This document shows positions 47,478-57,806 of a stretch of DNA of 64,000 nt, piece by piece. Location: positions 727,887 through 791,886 of the forward strand of contig JADJTW010000031.1 in NCBI GenBank assembly GCA_016710965.1, in the 5' to 3' direction. Origin of the DNA: Flavobacteriales bacterium (lineage in GTDB: Bacteria; Bacteroidota; Bacteroidia; Flavobacteriales_F; PHOS-HE28). Position 1 is the stretch's first letter; each line of letters begins with the position of its first letter. A program made the translations under genes and the position numbers. Below the pieces are notes generated by a model. That model was not told the DNA's origin. It worked only from the letters and a program-made list of their open reading frames with translations, and searched no databases.

Positions 47478-50400
47478 ATGGACAAGCGTTTCCCGCAATA
47501 CGATGAACTCGACCTGCCTAAGGTCGCCGAGGAGGTCTTGAAGCAATGGGAGGCCGAAGACACCTTCGGCAAGAGCCTCGAACTGCGCAAGGATGCCCCT
47601 CCCTTCGTGTTCTATGAAGGTCCGCCCAGCGCGAACGGATTGCCCGGCATCCACCACGTGATGGCCCGTGCCATCAAGGACATCTTCTGCCGGTACCAGA
47701 CGCAGAAGGGCCATCGCGTGGACCGCAAAGCCGGCTGGGACACGCACGGTCTGCCGATCGAACTGGGTGTGGAAAAGGAGCTCGGCATCACCAAGGAGGA
47801 CATCGGGAAGAAGATCAGCATCGAGGAGTACAACGCCGCATGCAAGAAGGCCGTGATGCGCTACACCGACGTGTGGAACGACATGACGCGGCGCATAGGC
47901 TTCTGGCTGGATCTGGAACATCCGTACGTCACCTACCATACCAAGTACATCGAGAGCGTGTGGCACCTGTTGAAGCAGCTCTACGACCAGGACCTGCTGT
48001 ACAAGGGCTACACGATCCAACCCTATTCGCCCGCTGCTGGCACTGGCCTTTCATCGCACGAGCTGAACCAACCCGGAACCTACAAGCCGGTGAAGGACAC
48101 CAGCGTGGTGGCCATGTTCAAGGTGAAGCAGGACCACGCTTCCGAGTTCTTGTTCAAGGGTGCCTTCGGCGATGTGTTCATCCTTGCGTGGACGACAACA
48201 CCTTGGACGTTGCCGAGCAACTGCGCGCTCACTGTTGGCCCGAAGCTGGACTATGTGCGGGTGAAGACCTTCAACCCGTACACGCACGAGCCGCAGACCA
48301 TGGTGCTCGCGAAGTCGCGCTTGGGCGCCTACTTCAACGAAAAGAACGAGAACGCCTCGTTGGATGACTACAAGAAGGATGGCAAGCCGCAAGGTCCCGG
48401 CTCGTCGGGGAACATCCCTTGGGCCATCGACGGCGAGTTCTACGGGCACCAGCTCGAGGGAATTCGCTACGAACAGCTCTTCCCATACGCCCAGCCGGAA
48501 GGAGGCGATGCGTTCAAAGTGATCGGTGGTGATTTCGTTACCACGGAAGACGGCACCGGCGTCGTTCACACAGCACCCAGCTTCGGCGCGGACGATATGC
48601 GCGTGGCACGACAGCACGGCATCGGTACGCTCACCTTGGTGGATCTGCAAGGTCGCTTCACCAAGGAGATGGGCGAGTTCGCGGGCAAGTACGTGAAGAA
48701 CGAATACTACCCTGCGGGGCAAGCGCCGGAGAAGAGCGTCGACGTGGAGCTCAGCATCAAGTTGAAGGAGATGGGCCGCGCCTTCAAGGTGGAGAAGTAC
48801 GAGCACAACTACCCGCACTGCTGGCGCACGGACAAGCCCATCCTCTACTACCCGCTGGACAGTTGGTTCGTGCGCGTCACCGCGAGGAAGGACCGTTTGA
48901 TCGCGTTGAACAAGACGATCAATTGGAAACCCGAAAGCACGGGTACCGGTCGTTTCGGCAACTGGCTGGAGAACCTGCAGGATTGGAACTTGTCGCGATC
49001 GCGCTACTGGGGCATTCCGTTGCCCATCTGGCGCACCGAGGATGGCGATGAAGAACTGTGCATCGGCTCGCTGAAGCAATTGAAGGAGGAGATCGCACGC
49101 TCCGTGAAGGCAGGCCTCCTGCCTGCCGACCCATACGCCGCGTTCGATCCCGCCGACATGACCGATGCCAACTACGACACGGTCGATATCCATCGCCCAT
49201 ACGTCGACAACGTCGTGCTCGTATCGCCCAGCGGCAAACCGATGAAGCGCGAGACCGACCTCATCGACGTGTGGTTCGACAGCGGCGCCATGCCCTACGC
49301 CCAATGGCATTATCCGTTCGAGAACGAAGCCACCTTCAAGGAAACGTTCCCTGCCAATTTCATCGCCGAAGGCGTGGACCAAACGCGCGGCTGGTTCTAT
49401 ACGCTGCATGCGATCGCCACGCTCACACAGGACAGTGTCGCCTACAAGGCCGTGGTGAGCAATGGCCTGGTGCTGGACAAGTTGGGCCAGAAGATGAGCA
49501 AGCGCCTCGGCAATGCCGTGGATCCGTTCAAGACGCTGGACGAGTTCGGTGCCGATGCCGTGCGTTGGTACATGATCAGCAATGCATCGCCCTGGGACAA
49601 CCTGAAGTTCGACACGGAGGGGATCACCGAAGTGCAGCGCAAATTCTTCCGCGCTCTCTTCAACAGCTACAACTTCTTTGCGCTGTACGCGAACATCGAC
49701 ACCCCGGCCCTCAAGAGCGATGTGAGCGCTGCGCGCACCGAATCCGACCGCTGGATACTCTCACGATTGAATTCGCTGATCAAGCTCGCCGACACGAACT
49801 ACGCCGACTACGAACCAACCGTCGCCGCACGCGCGATCCAAGACTTCGTTGTCGAAGATCTCAGCAACTGGTATGTGCGCCTGAACCGCCGTCGTTTCTG
49901 GAAAGGCGAGATGGGCGCGGACAAGAACGCCGCGTTCCAGACCCTGCAACGTTGCCTTGAGGCAGTAGCGATGTTGAGCGCGCCCATCGCCCCCTTCTTC
50001 ACCGATCGCCTCTATCGTGATCTCAAAGGAAGCAGTGTCCATCTGAGCAACTGGCCGAAGCATGACGAGACGCTCATCGACACCGAGCTTGAACAACGCA
50101 CGGCGCTCGCACAGAAGCTCACCTCGCTCGTACTGAGCATCCGCAAGAAGGAAGGCCACCGCGTGCGACAACCCTTGCAGAAGATGATGGTGCCAGTAAC
50201 GGACGCTACCATGCGCACACGCCTGGAAGCGATCCGCGACTTGGTCCTGAGCGAGGTGAACGTGAAGGAACTCGTGATCCTCGATGCCAGCGAAAGCAAG
50301 CTCACCAAGAAGATCAAGCCCGACTTCAAGAAGCTCGGCGCCCGCATGGGCAAGTTGATGAAGAGCGTCGCCGCTATGGTGAACGCATTCTCACAAGAGC

Positions 50401-50861
50401 AGATCGCAGAGCTCGAAGCAAAGGGCAGCATGAAGCTCACCGTGGAGGGATCGGAAGTGGAGCTGCTCCGCGACGATGTGGAGATCACGGCCGAGAACGT
50501 TCCCGGATTGAGCGTGGCCAGCGATGGCGCGTTGACCGTCGCCCTTGACATCACCCTCAACGATGATCTGTTGCAGGAAGGCCTCGCCCGCGAGCTGGTG
50601 AGCCGGATCCAGACCCTGAGGAAAGAGAGCGGTTTCGATGTCACCGACCGTGTACAACTCCACATCCGTGACAACGGCGACCCACGCTTCGCCCAAGCCG
50701 TGCGCAGCCACGCGGCGTACATCGTCGCCGAAACGCTTGCGATAACCCCTGAGGACCAAGTGCTTGTCCAGGCGCTTTCGGCACAGGCGGCGGCCATCCA
50801 TGAAGTGGAACTTGACGAGGCCACGCGATGCGCGCTATCCCTTGTCCGGTCGGCTAATTGA
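47478..50861 (+). CDS. ileS: isoleucine--tRNA ligase
   Basis: GLPGIHHVMARAIKD (HIGH-like), KMSKRLGN, 1127 aa. Confidence 0.95.
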   Translation: MDKRFPQYDELDLPKVAEEVLKQWEAEDTFGKSLELRKDAPPFVFYEGPPSANGLPGIHHVMARAIKDIFCRYQTQKGHRVDRKAGWDTHGLPIELGVEKELGITKEDIGKKISIEEYNAACKKAVMRYTDVWNDMTRRIGFWLDLEHPYVTYHTKYIESVWHLLKQLYDQDLLYKGYTIQPYSPAAGTGLSSHELNQPGTYKPVKDTSVVAMFKVKQDHASEFLFKGAFGDVFILAWTTTPWTLPSNCALTVGPKLDYVRVKTFNPYTHEPQTMVLAKSRLGAYFNEKNENASLDDYKKDGKPQGPGSSGNIPWAIDGEFYGHQLEGIRYEQLFPYAQPEGGDAFKVIGGDFVTTEDGTGVVHTAPSFGADDMRVARQHGIGTLTLVDLQGRFTKEMGEFAGKYVKNEYYPAGQAPEKSVDVELSIKLKEMGRAFKVEKYEHNYPHCWRTDKPILYYPLDSWFVRVTARKDRLIALNKTINWKPESTGTGRFGNWLENLQDWNLSRSRYWGIPLPIWRTEDGDEELCIGSLKQLKEEIARSVKAGLLPADPYAAFDPADMTDANYDTVDIHRPYVDNVVLVSPSGKPMKRETDLIDVWFDSGAMPYAQWHYPFENEATFKETFPANFIAEGVDQTRGWFYTLHAIATLTQDSVAYKAVVSNGLVLDKLGQKMSKRLGNAVDPFKTLDEFGADAVRWYMISNASPWDNLKFDTEGITEVQRKFFRALFNSYNFFALYANIDTPALKSDVSAARTESDRWILSRLNSLIKLADTNYADYEPTVAARAIQDFVVEDLSNWYVRLNRRRFWKGEMGADKNAAFQTLQRCLEAVAMLSAPIAPFFTDRLYRDLKGSSVHLSNWPKHDETLIDTELEQRTALAQKLTSLVLSIRKKEGHRVRQPLQKMMVPVTDATMRTRLEAIRDLVLSEVNVKELVILDASESKLTKKIKPDFKKLGARMGKLMKSVAAMVNAFSQEQIAELEAKGSMKLTVEGSEVELLRDDVEITAENVPGLSVASDGALTVALDITLNDDLLQEGLARELVSRIQTLRKESGFDVTDRVQLHIRDNGDPRFAQAVRSHAAYIVAETLAITPEDQVLVQALSAQAAAIHEVELDEATRCALSLVRSAN

Positions 50862-50875
50862 GAGGGGTACCCGTC

Positions 50876-50883
50876 TATATTTG
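50876..50883 (+). promoter_or_regulatory. perfect -7 box TATATTTG upstream of the dksA-like gene
   Basis: tatatttg 27 nt upstream of ATG 50911. Confidence 0.4.
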
Positions 50884-50910
50884 CGGATCTTTTAACGAAC
50901 CCCTTTCGCC

Positions 50911-51789
50911 ATGGCCAAGAAACCCGCCCCCAAGAAGGCCGCGAAGCCTGTGAAAAAGGCTGTCGCGAAGAAGCCCGTCAAAGCCGCCAAGCCGGCTGCG
51001 AAGAAGGCCAAGGCGAAGCCCGCTCCGAAGAAACCAGCGGTCAAGAAACCCGCGCCGAAGAAAACGGCATCGAAGCCTGTGGCGAAAAAGGTTGTGAAGC
51101 CTGCGCCGAAGCCGACGCCCAAGCCCGTTGCAAAGAAGGAGGCTCCGAAGAAGCCCGCCGCCCCGGTGAAGGCCGCACCTGCGAAAGCAGCGCCCATCGC
51201 CAAAGCCCCGGTGCCGAAGGCCGTCCCCGCCAAACCCATTGCCAAACCGGCAGCACCAGTTGCCGCAACAAAGCCCGTGAAGAAGGAAACGAAGAAGGAG
51301 GCCAGAGATGCTGCTCGTGCCAATGAGAAACCGCTCGTGACCCAGGTGTCGGCGCCTAGCCGCCCCATGTCCGCGCCGGTCGTGAAGAAGCTCGTCTCTA
51401 CGCTAGAGAGCGCCGATAAGCTGCGCTACGCCGATGATGAACTCGAGGAGTTCCGCGAGATCATCAACAAGAAGCTGGACGAAGCCCGCAAGGATTACGA
51501 CCTGCTGAAGCAGACCCTGGCGAACACCGATAACAACGGCACGGACGATACGAGCCCTTCGTTCAAGATGATCGAGGATGGCAGCGAGACGTTGAGCCGC
51601 GAGGAGACCGCCCAACTGGCCGCGCGCCAAGAAAAGTTCATCAAGCACCTGGAGGATGCGCTGCTGCGGATCCGCAACAAGACCTACGGCATCTGCCGCG
51701 TCACGGGCCGCTTGATCAGCAAGGAGCGCCTCCGCTTGGTGCCGCACGCCACGCTCAGCATCGAGGCGAAGCAGCAGATGAGCAACTGA
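50911..51789 (+). CDS. DksA/TraR-family regulator fused to an N-terminal histone-H1-like Lys/Ala/Pro repeat domain
   Basis: The first 130 aa or so are (A/P)KK(A/P) repeats; the C-terminus EELEEFREIINKKLDEARKDY...ICRVTGRLISKERLRLVPHATLS is DksA/TraR-like. Confidence 0.6.
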   Translation: MAKKPAPKKAAKPVKKAVAKKPVKAAKPAAKKAKAKPAPKKPAVKKPAPKKTASKPVAKKVVKPAPKPTPKPVAKKEAPKKPAAPVKAAPAKAAPIAKAPVPKAVPAKPIAKPAAPVAATKPVKKETKKEARDAARANEKPLVTQVSAPSRPMSAPVVKKLVSTLESADKLRYADDELEEFREIINKKLDEARKDYDLLKQTLANTDNNGTDDTSPSFKMIEDGSETLSREETAQLAARQEKFIKHLEDALLRIRNKTYGICRVTGRLISKERLRLVPHATLSIEAKQQMSN

Positions 51790-51838
51790 GACCCGGTTGT
51801 TTCCGAAGTGCTGCTCCTTTGATGCCTGATCGACACGC

Positions 51839-52525
51839 ATGAAGCGCGCGTTCATCGTCATCCTGCTCGTGCTTCTGGCCGACCAGGCCCTGAAGGTGTG
51901 GGTCAAGCTCACGTTCTACTACGACACCGCCATTCCGCTCTTCGGCGAATGGGGCCAGTTGCACTTCATCGAGAACCGGGGCATGGCCTTCGGCATGGAG
52001 TTCGGCGGCGGCACAGGCAAGTTGCTGCTCACCCTCCTGCGCATCGCTGCCGTGGCAGGCATCGGTTACGCCTTGCGCCGCATGGTGGCGCATGGCGCGC
52101 GGCCCTTGCAGGTGGTGAGCGTGGCGCTCGTCTTCGCCGGGGCGCTCGGGAACATCATCGACAGCACCTTCTACGGCATGCTCTTCAGCCAGAGCACTCC
52201 CTTCGAGAAGGCCGTGCTCCTGCCGCCCGATGGCGGGTACGCGCCCATCTTCCATGGTGCCGTGGTGGACATGTTCTACTTCCCGCTTTGGGAGGGCGAG
52301 CTCCCGGAATGGCTCCCGATTTGGGGCGGCGAGCATTTCGTGTTCTTCCGACCCGTGTTCAACATCGCCGATGCGGCGATCACGGTGGGCATCGCGCTGT
52401 TCATCCTTGCGCATCGGAAGCGACGCATGCATGACGAGCAGGAGAGCAGCGGGCCCCAAGTACCAGTGGCAGGAGATGCCGAGCCGGAGAATCAGGCCAT
52501 CGAGGGGCATGGACAATCGCTCTAA
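51839..52525 (+). CDS. lspA: lipoprotein signal peptidase II
   Basis: ...FIENRGMAFGM...NIIDS...FNIADAAIT, conserved downstream of ileS. Confidence 0.85.
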   Translation: MKRAFIVILLVLLADQALKVWVKLTFYYDTAIPLFGEWGQLHFIENRGMAFGMEFGGGTGKLLLTLLRIAAVAGIGYALRRMVAHGARPLQVVSVALVFAGALGNIIDSTFYGMLFSQSTPFEKAVLLPPDGGYAPIFHGAVVDMFYFPLWEGELPEWLPIWGGEHFVFFRPVFNIADAAITVGIALFILAHRKRRMHDEQESSGPQVPVAGDAEPENQAIEGHGQSL

Positions 52526-52638
52526 CGAACCGGCATCGCTTCGCTGATATCCTTGGTTGCTCGCAGCAGAGCAAAGCGGCCGACCGCGGCGAGCTGATCC
52601 ATGCGGATCCCACCTTCACGGTGTACCGGATGCGGGCG

Positions 52639-53541
52639 TCAACGCAGATCGAAGCGGAGGCCGAAGAGGTATTGCGCTGACTCCTCGATGCGCATGGATC
52701 GGCCCGGAAGGCTGCCCGCGCGTAGGATGAGGCGCGCTTCGCTGAACAGGTGCAAACTGTTCCAGAACGGACTGGTGCGGCCTAGCGTAAGGTCGAGGCC
52801 GAAGAGACCATAGCCCCCTGCCAGGATGGTGGTGGGAAGTCTGTACCTCTCCGACGCGATCATGTCGTACGCATAGGATCCTCCGCCCGAACCGACCGTC
52901 TCACGGCTACGCGACACGTTGTGCGAGACCTCGGCATCGCCATCGAAGGTGAGGCCGAACATCATACCCACGCCGCAATACCACGTAAGCCTGCGAGGCG
53001 AAGCCTTGCGCAGGATGTACGAGGCGTCCAGCGCAATGCGCGAGCGATGGATCGAAGCGTTGTAGCTCTCCGTCCAGGTCGAATCGAGCAGGGTGATGGC
53101 GCCGGTCTGCTGGGATACGAGGGTGTCGTACACGCTAGTCAGGGATCGGCCCCAGTAGCCTTCGAGGAAATCGTCGCCAGCGAGGTTCACAGCCACGCGC
53201 AGGCGCTTCACGAAGCGCGAACGCTCCGATGCACCGCGTGATGGATCCAGCGACACCCCGAGGTACGCGCTACCGGTGCCGTAAGAAGGGAGCGCGGAGT
53301 AGGGGCCGAAGCCACCGCCGTAACCCCATGAAAACCCTTGCGACGGCAGGTCGCCCCGAAGAAGCTGCGACTCCGGCAACGCGTTGAGCCAATCCGAAAG
53401 GCCGAAGACCGGTGCATGATGCACGAAGGAGCCGTACGAGACAAAGCCATCGGCGAGCAGCGGTATGCGTGGTTCATCAACCTGTGCGCAAACGATACTA
53501 GCGGATGCTTGGAACGCGATGGCCAGATCGATCCTCTTCAT
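52639..53541 (-). CDS. putative outer-membrane beta-barrel protein of unknown function
   Basis: Signal peptide MKRIDLAIAFQASASIVCAQ; alternating Gly/aromatic-rich strands; C-terminal ...YLFGLRFDLR. Confidence 0.35.
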   Translation of the reverse strand: MKRIDLAIAFQASASIVCAQVDEPRIPLLADGFVSYGSFVHHAPVFGLSDWLNALPESQLLRGDLPSQGFSWGYGGGFGPYSALPSYGTGSAYLGVSLDPSRGASERSRFVKRLRVAVNLAGDDFLEGYWGRSLTSVYDTLVSQQTGAITLLDSTWTESYNASIHRSRIALDASYILRKASPRRLTWYCGVGMMFGLTFDGDAEVSHNVSRSRETVGSGGGSYAYDMIASERYRLPTTILAGGYGLFGLDLTLGRTSPFWNSLHLFSEARLILRAGSLPGRSMRIEESAQYLFGLRFDLR

Positions 53542-53594
53542 GGAGAACGGACTTGGGCCGCTGAAAGCCAGCGGCAGGTGATCATTGCCGAAAG

Positions 53595-54602
53595 CTATGC
53601 ACTGGCGTGCGCTGCGCGTAGCAGGTCCTTGCTTACCAGGAGCTCTGCGATCTGCACAGCGTTCGTCGCGGCGCCTTTGCGCAGGTTGTCCGCCACGATC
53701 CACAGGTTGAGCGTGCGGGGCTGCGTCTCGTCGCGGCGCAGGCGGCCCACGAAGACCTCGTCCCGCCCATTGGCGATCAGCGGCATGGGGTACTCGTCTT
53801 TCGCGGGGTCATCCAGCAGCGCGATCCCGGGTGCTTCGCGAAGAAGTCGTCGCACCTCTTCCATGTCAAACTCCCTGGCGAACTCCACGTTCACTGCCTC
53901 GCTGTGGCCCCCGGTCACCGGCACGCGCACGGCCGTGGCGGTGACGCGGATCGAGGGATCGAGGATCTTCTTCGTCTCGTTCACCAGCTTCATCTCCTCC
54001 TTCGTGTAGCCGTTCTCCGTGAACGCATCGCAACGCGGGATCACATTGCGATCGATGGTGAACGGATAAGCCATGTCTCCCACTATGCCAATGCGTTCGT
54101 TCTGCATCTGCTTCACCGCTTTGGCTCCTGTGCCCGTAACGCTCTGGTAGGTGGAAACGATGACGCGCTCCGCACCAAAGGCCTTGTGCAGCGGCGCCAG
54201 CGCGAGCACCATCTGGATGGTGCTGCAGTTCGGGTTAGCGATGATGCGGTCCTCCGGCGTGAGCACATGGCCATTGATCTCGGGAACCACCAGCTTCTTG
54301 TCCGCATGCATGCGCCATGCACTGCTGTTGTCGATTACCGTGCAACCCACCTCGGCGAAGCGGGGCGCCCATTCGAGCGATGTGCCGCCACCGGCGGAGA
54401 AAAGGGCGATGTCGGGTCGACGCGCGACAGCTTCCTCCATGCCGACCACCGTCACGTCCTTGCCCCGGAAGCGGACGGTGCTGCCCACGCTCTTCGCGGT
54501 GGCCACCGGCAGCAGCTCATCAACGGGGAAGTTGCGCTCTTCGAGCACCTTCAACATGACCCCACCGACCAGTCCGGTAGCTCCAACGACGGCGACTTTC
54601 AT
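53595..54602 (-). CDS. asd: aspartate-semialdehyde dehydrogenase
   Basis: MKVAVVGATGLVGGVMLKVLEERNFP...NCSTIQMV... Confidence 0.9.
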   Translation of the reverse strand: MKVAVVGATGLVGGVMLKVLEERNFPVDELLPVATAKSVGSTVRFRGKDVTVVGMEEAVARRPDIALFSAGGGTSLEWAPRFAEVGCTVIDNSSAWRMHADKKLVVPEINGHVLTPEDRIIANPNCSTIQMVLALAPLHKAFGAERVIVSTYQSVTGTGAKAVKQMQNERIGIVGDMAYPFTIDRNVIPRCDAFTENGYTKEEMKLVNETKKILDPSIRVTATAVRVPVTGGHSEAVNVEFAREFDMEEVRRLLREAPGIALLDDPAKDEYPMPLIANGRDEVFVGRLRRDETQPRTLNLWIVADNLRKGAATNAVQIAELLVSKDLLRAAHASA

Positions 54603-54649
54603 GCGATTGCGGGAGTTGCTTCGAAGGCCGAAACTATACCTTTCCCTCC

Positions 54650-57280
54650 GTGCCCTTCCGCCACATGCAACGCTGCTTTCACCGTTTCCTTGTGTGCCTG
54701 CCGCTTATCGCGGGCACGACAGCCTTCGCCCAAGTGAGCGACGATTTCTCCGATGGCAACTTCAACATCGGTACGGTTTGGACCGGGAACGACGCGCTCT
54801 TCACCGTGGTGGATGATGCTGGCAACCAACGCTTGCGCAGCGCGAGCGCCGGTGCAGCGAACTACTACTTGAGCACCCCGAGCACAGCCGTTGACGATGC
54901 GCAGTGGGAGCTTTTCCTCGACCTGCGCTTCGCCACCAGCGCGGCCAACTACGCGGATGTGTACCTCATGAGCAGTGCCGCCGATCTGGCGAGCGCCGTG
55001 AACGGCTACTTCGTCCGCATCGGCGGAACGGCAGACAGGCTGGAACTCTTCCGCAGCACCGCCGGTGCGGCCACATCGCTCGCATTGCAAAGTCCCGATG
55101 GCGTGGTGAACAGCAGCACCAGCAATCCGTTCCGCTTGAAGGTGACGCGTTCAGCGACCGGGCTGTTCACCCTGCTCTACGACGATGGCAACACCGGCAG
55201 CTACACGACGGCGGGCACCGTGAACGACGCCACCTTCACGAGCGCCACGCACTTCGGCATCCGAATCGAGCAAAGCATCGCCGCCAGCGTGGTGAACAAG
55301 CACTTCTTCGACGATCTCAACGTCGGCCTGATCCCAGTGGACAATACGCCGCCCGCGCTGCTCACTGCAACCATCATCTCCGCCACGCAGATCGACCTCG
55401 TGTTCAGCGAGCCGGTGGAGCAGGGAACGGCCGAGGACGAGAACAACTACAACATCATCCCATTCAACAGCGCGGCGTCCGTGGTACGCGATGGAACGAA
55501 CCTCGCCTTGGCGCATCTCACCCTGGCGATCGCCATGCAGAGCGGCAATAGCTATACGATCACCGTGGACGGCGTTGCGGATCTGGTAGGGAACGCCTGC
55601 GTGAACGAAACAGCCGAGGTGACCTATGTCGTGCCCGATGTCGCCCTGCCTGGCGAGGTGGTCATCAACGAGATCATGGCCGACCCGAACCCCGTGGTCG
55701 GCCTGCCCGATGCCGAGTTCGTTGAGATCTTCAATACCACAACGGACAAGACCTTCGAACTGGCCGGTTGGACCTTCACCGATGGAGGCACCGTGGCAAC
55801 CCTGCCGACTGCGGTGCTCGCGCCTGGCGGCCATGCCATCATCGTGGACGATGCAACCGCTGCATTGTTCAGTGCCTTCTCGAACGTGATAGTGGTCACC
55901 ACCTTCCCGTCGCTCAACAACGATGGCGACCCGCTCGAATTGAAGAACGATGCGGCCACGACGATCGATGCCGTGACGTACGCCCTCGGTTGGTACCAGG
56001 ACGCCGTAAAGGATGATGGAGGATGGACCTTGGAGCGCAAGGACCCAACGGCCTCGTGCAGTACCGCTTCGAATTGGATCGCCAGCAACGCGCCTGCCGG
56101 CGGAACGCCTTCCGCGCAGAACAGCGTGTTCGCGATCGTGCCGGACAACACGCCGCCCTCGCTCACGAGCGTGCAGGTGAGCAGCGCCACCAGCATCGTG
56201 CTGGTCTTCAGCGAGCCGATGGACGCTGCGAGCCTCGTGGGCGGCACGTACTCGATCACGCCCGTCATCGGCATCGCCAGTGCCGTGCCCAACGGCGGCA
56301 ATAGCGTGCAATTGAACCTCGCGGATGCGCTGGAGATCGGAACGCTGTACACCATCACGGTGACGAGCGTGAGCGATTGCCCCGGCAATGCGATCGGCGG
56401 CGGCAATGCGGCATCCTTCGCGCTGCCCGAACCGGTGGCCGTGGGCGACGTGATGATCAACGAGGTGCTGTACGACCCCGTAGTCGGTGGCAGCGACTTC
56501 GTAGAGCTGTACAATCGATCACCGAAGACGCTCAGCCTCGCTGGCTGGAAGCTGGCGAACGTCACCAATGGGAGCGTGGCCAGCCCACTCACGATCACTT
56601 CGGCCTCCTTCCTCTTGCTGCCCGGCGAGTACGTGCTGATCACTGAAGATGCCGCCAATACGAATTCGCTCTACCCCCAGAGCCACGCCGATCGCTTCAT
56701 TGAAACGGACATGCCCAGCTATAACAACGGTGAGGGAAGTGTGGTGCTACAAGCCCCGGATGGCACACAACTGGACCGCTTCGATTACAACGACGACCTG
56801 CACTTCGCACTGGTGAACGAGACCGAGGGCTACAGCTTGGAACGCATCAGCCCCGACCGGCCAACGAGCGATAATACCAATTGGCAAACCGCATCGGATG
56901 TGGCGGGCAAAGCAACGCCCGGCTTCCAGAACTCGCAATACTCACCAACGAGCGAGGCGAGCGGCGAGATGACGATCGACCCTGCGATCTTCTCCCCGGA
57001 CAACGACGGCTTCGAGGACGTGCTCACCATCGCCTACCGTTTCGAGCAGGCGGGCTTCGTCGGGAACCTGTCGGTGTTCGACATCGCTGGGCGCGAGGTG
57101 CGCAAGCTCATGGAGAACCAGTTGCTCGGCACCGATGGCGCGATCAGCTGGGACGGGATCCTGGATGACAGCAGCAAGGGGCGCATGGGGCCGTACATCG
57201 TGGTCTTCGAGGTCTTCGACCTGGAGGGGAATACCGAGCGCTACAAGAAGACGGTGACGCTGGCGCACAAGCTGAATTAG
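54650..57280 (+). CDS. large secreted protein with two lamin-tail domains and a T9SS type-B (CHU_C-like) C-terminal domain
   Basis: Signal peptide; LTD-like VVINEIMADPNP...FVEIFN... and VMINEVLYDP...FVELYN...; C-terminus SPDNDGFEDVL...ISWDGILDDSSKGRMGPYIVVFEVFDLEGN...VTLAHKLN. Confidence 0.55.
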   Translation: MPFRHMQRCFHRFLVCLPLIAGTTAFAQVSDDFSDGNFNIGTVWTGNDALFTVVDDAGNQRLRSASAGAANYYLSTPSTAVDDAQWELFLDLRFATSAANYADVYLMSSAADLASAVNGYFVRIGGTADRLELFRSTAGAATSLALQSPDGVVNSSTSNPFRLKVTRSATGLFTLLYDDGNTGSYTTAGTVNDATFTSATHFGIRIEQSIAASVVNKHFFDDLNVGLIPVDNTPPALLTATIISATQIDLVFSEPVEQGTAEDENNYNIIPFNSAASVVRDGTNLALAHLTLAIAMQSGNSYTITVDGVADLVGNACVNETAEVTYVVPDVALPGEVVINEIMADPNPVVGLPDAEFVEIFNTTTDKTFELAGWTFTDGGTVATLPTAVLAPGGHAIIVDDATAALFSAFSNVIVVTTFPSLNNDGDPLELKNDAATTIDAVTYALGWYQDAVKDDGGWTLERKDPTASCSTASNWIASNAPAGGTPSAQNSVFAIVPDNTPPSLTSVQVSSATSIVLVFSEPMDAASLVGGTYSITPVIGIASAVPNGGNSVQLNLADALEIGTLYTITVTSVSDCPGNAIGGGNAASFALPEPVAVGDVMINEVLYDPVVGGSDFVELYNRSPKTLSLAGWKLANVTNGSVASPLTITSASFLLLPGEYVLITEDAANTNSLYPQSHADRFIETDMPSYNNGEGSVVLQAPDGTQLDRFDYNDDLHFALVNETEGYSLERISPDRPTSDNTNWQTASDVAGKATPGFQNSQYSPTSEASGEMTIDPAIFSPDNDGFEDVLTIAYRFEQAGFVGNLSVFDIAGREVRKLMENQLLGTDGAISWDGILDDSSKGRMGPYIVVFEVFDLEGNTERYKKTVTLAHKLN

Positions 57281-57348
57281 GCGCTTGTTGCCTGCAGTAC
57301 ATACCGGGCGCGGCGAGGGAAAGGTGCATTGTACGGGGGGCTCTGTGG

Positions 57349-57381
57349 CTTGGAATCCGCCTGATGCCAAGTCTACATTCG
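57349..57381 (+). promoter_or_regulatory. candidate promoter TTG-N21-TACATTCG upstream of the Cys-rich protein gene
   Basis: ttg about 57349 and tacattcg 57374-57381, 22 nt before ATG 57404. Confidence 0.3.
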
Positions 57382-57403
57382 ACCTACCAAAACCCTCAAC
57401 CCC

Positions 57404-57806
57404 ATGAAGCCCCCCCCGTCAGTTCTTACTGAAGCCGACCCTCTTCGCTGCTGCCTTCTTGCTCGTCCTTGAGATACGTGCCCAAGACGATGCTGTTCTG
57501 TATAACGAAACGACAAGTCAGAATTTCTCTGTGACCCTCTATGTTCATTCCGGCTGGCCGTGTACGAGTTTCGGGCAGAGCTACGAGCAATGCCTGTTTG
57601 CTTTGCCGAACGGCTCGAACAATTTCACAATGGGCTCCTTCGAATACGTTGCAACAGTCAAGGTTCATTGTGACTTGACATGTTTCGGAGCGCAAGTGGC
57701 CAGCGCCGTGTGCACTGGTGGAAGCACCGCATTCCAGTGCGGAGGCAGCGGGCCATGGTACGTGGTCTATCAAGCGGATAACGAGATCCGGATCGCCGAT
57801 CAATGA
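57404..57806 (+). CDS. small secreted Cys-rich protein (8 Cys), currently out of frame because of a poly-C8 tract at codons 3-5
   Basis: ATG 57404 is followed by an 8-C run (57410-57417). With 7 C the ORF reads MKPPRQFLLKPTLFAAAFLLVLEIRAQ (signal peptide) and continues into ORF 57459-57806. With 8 C it stops at 57470. Confidence 0.4.

Noticed and set aside
52639-53703. Full 354-aa ORF including the N-terminal MDRGGQPAQRRRDE... extension
   Set aside because: The extension overlaps the asd 3' end antisense and precedes a clear signal peptide. The start was trimmed to MKRIDLAIAF (53541).
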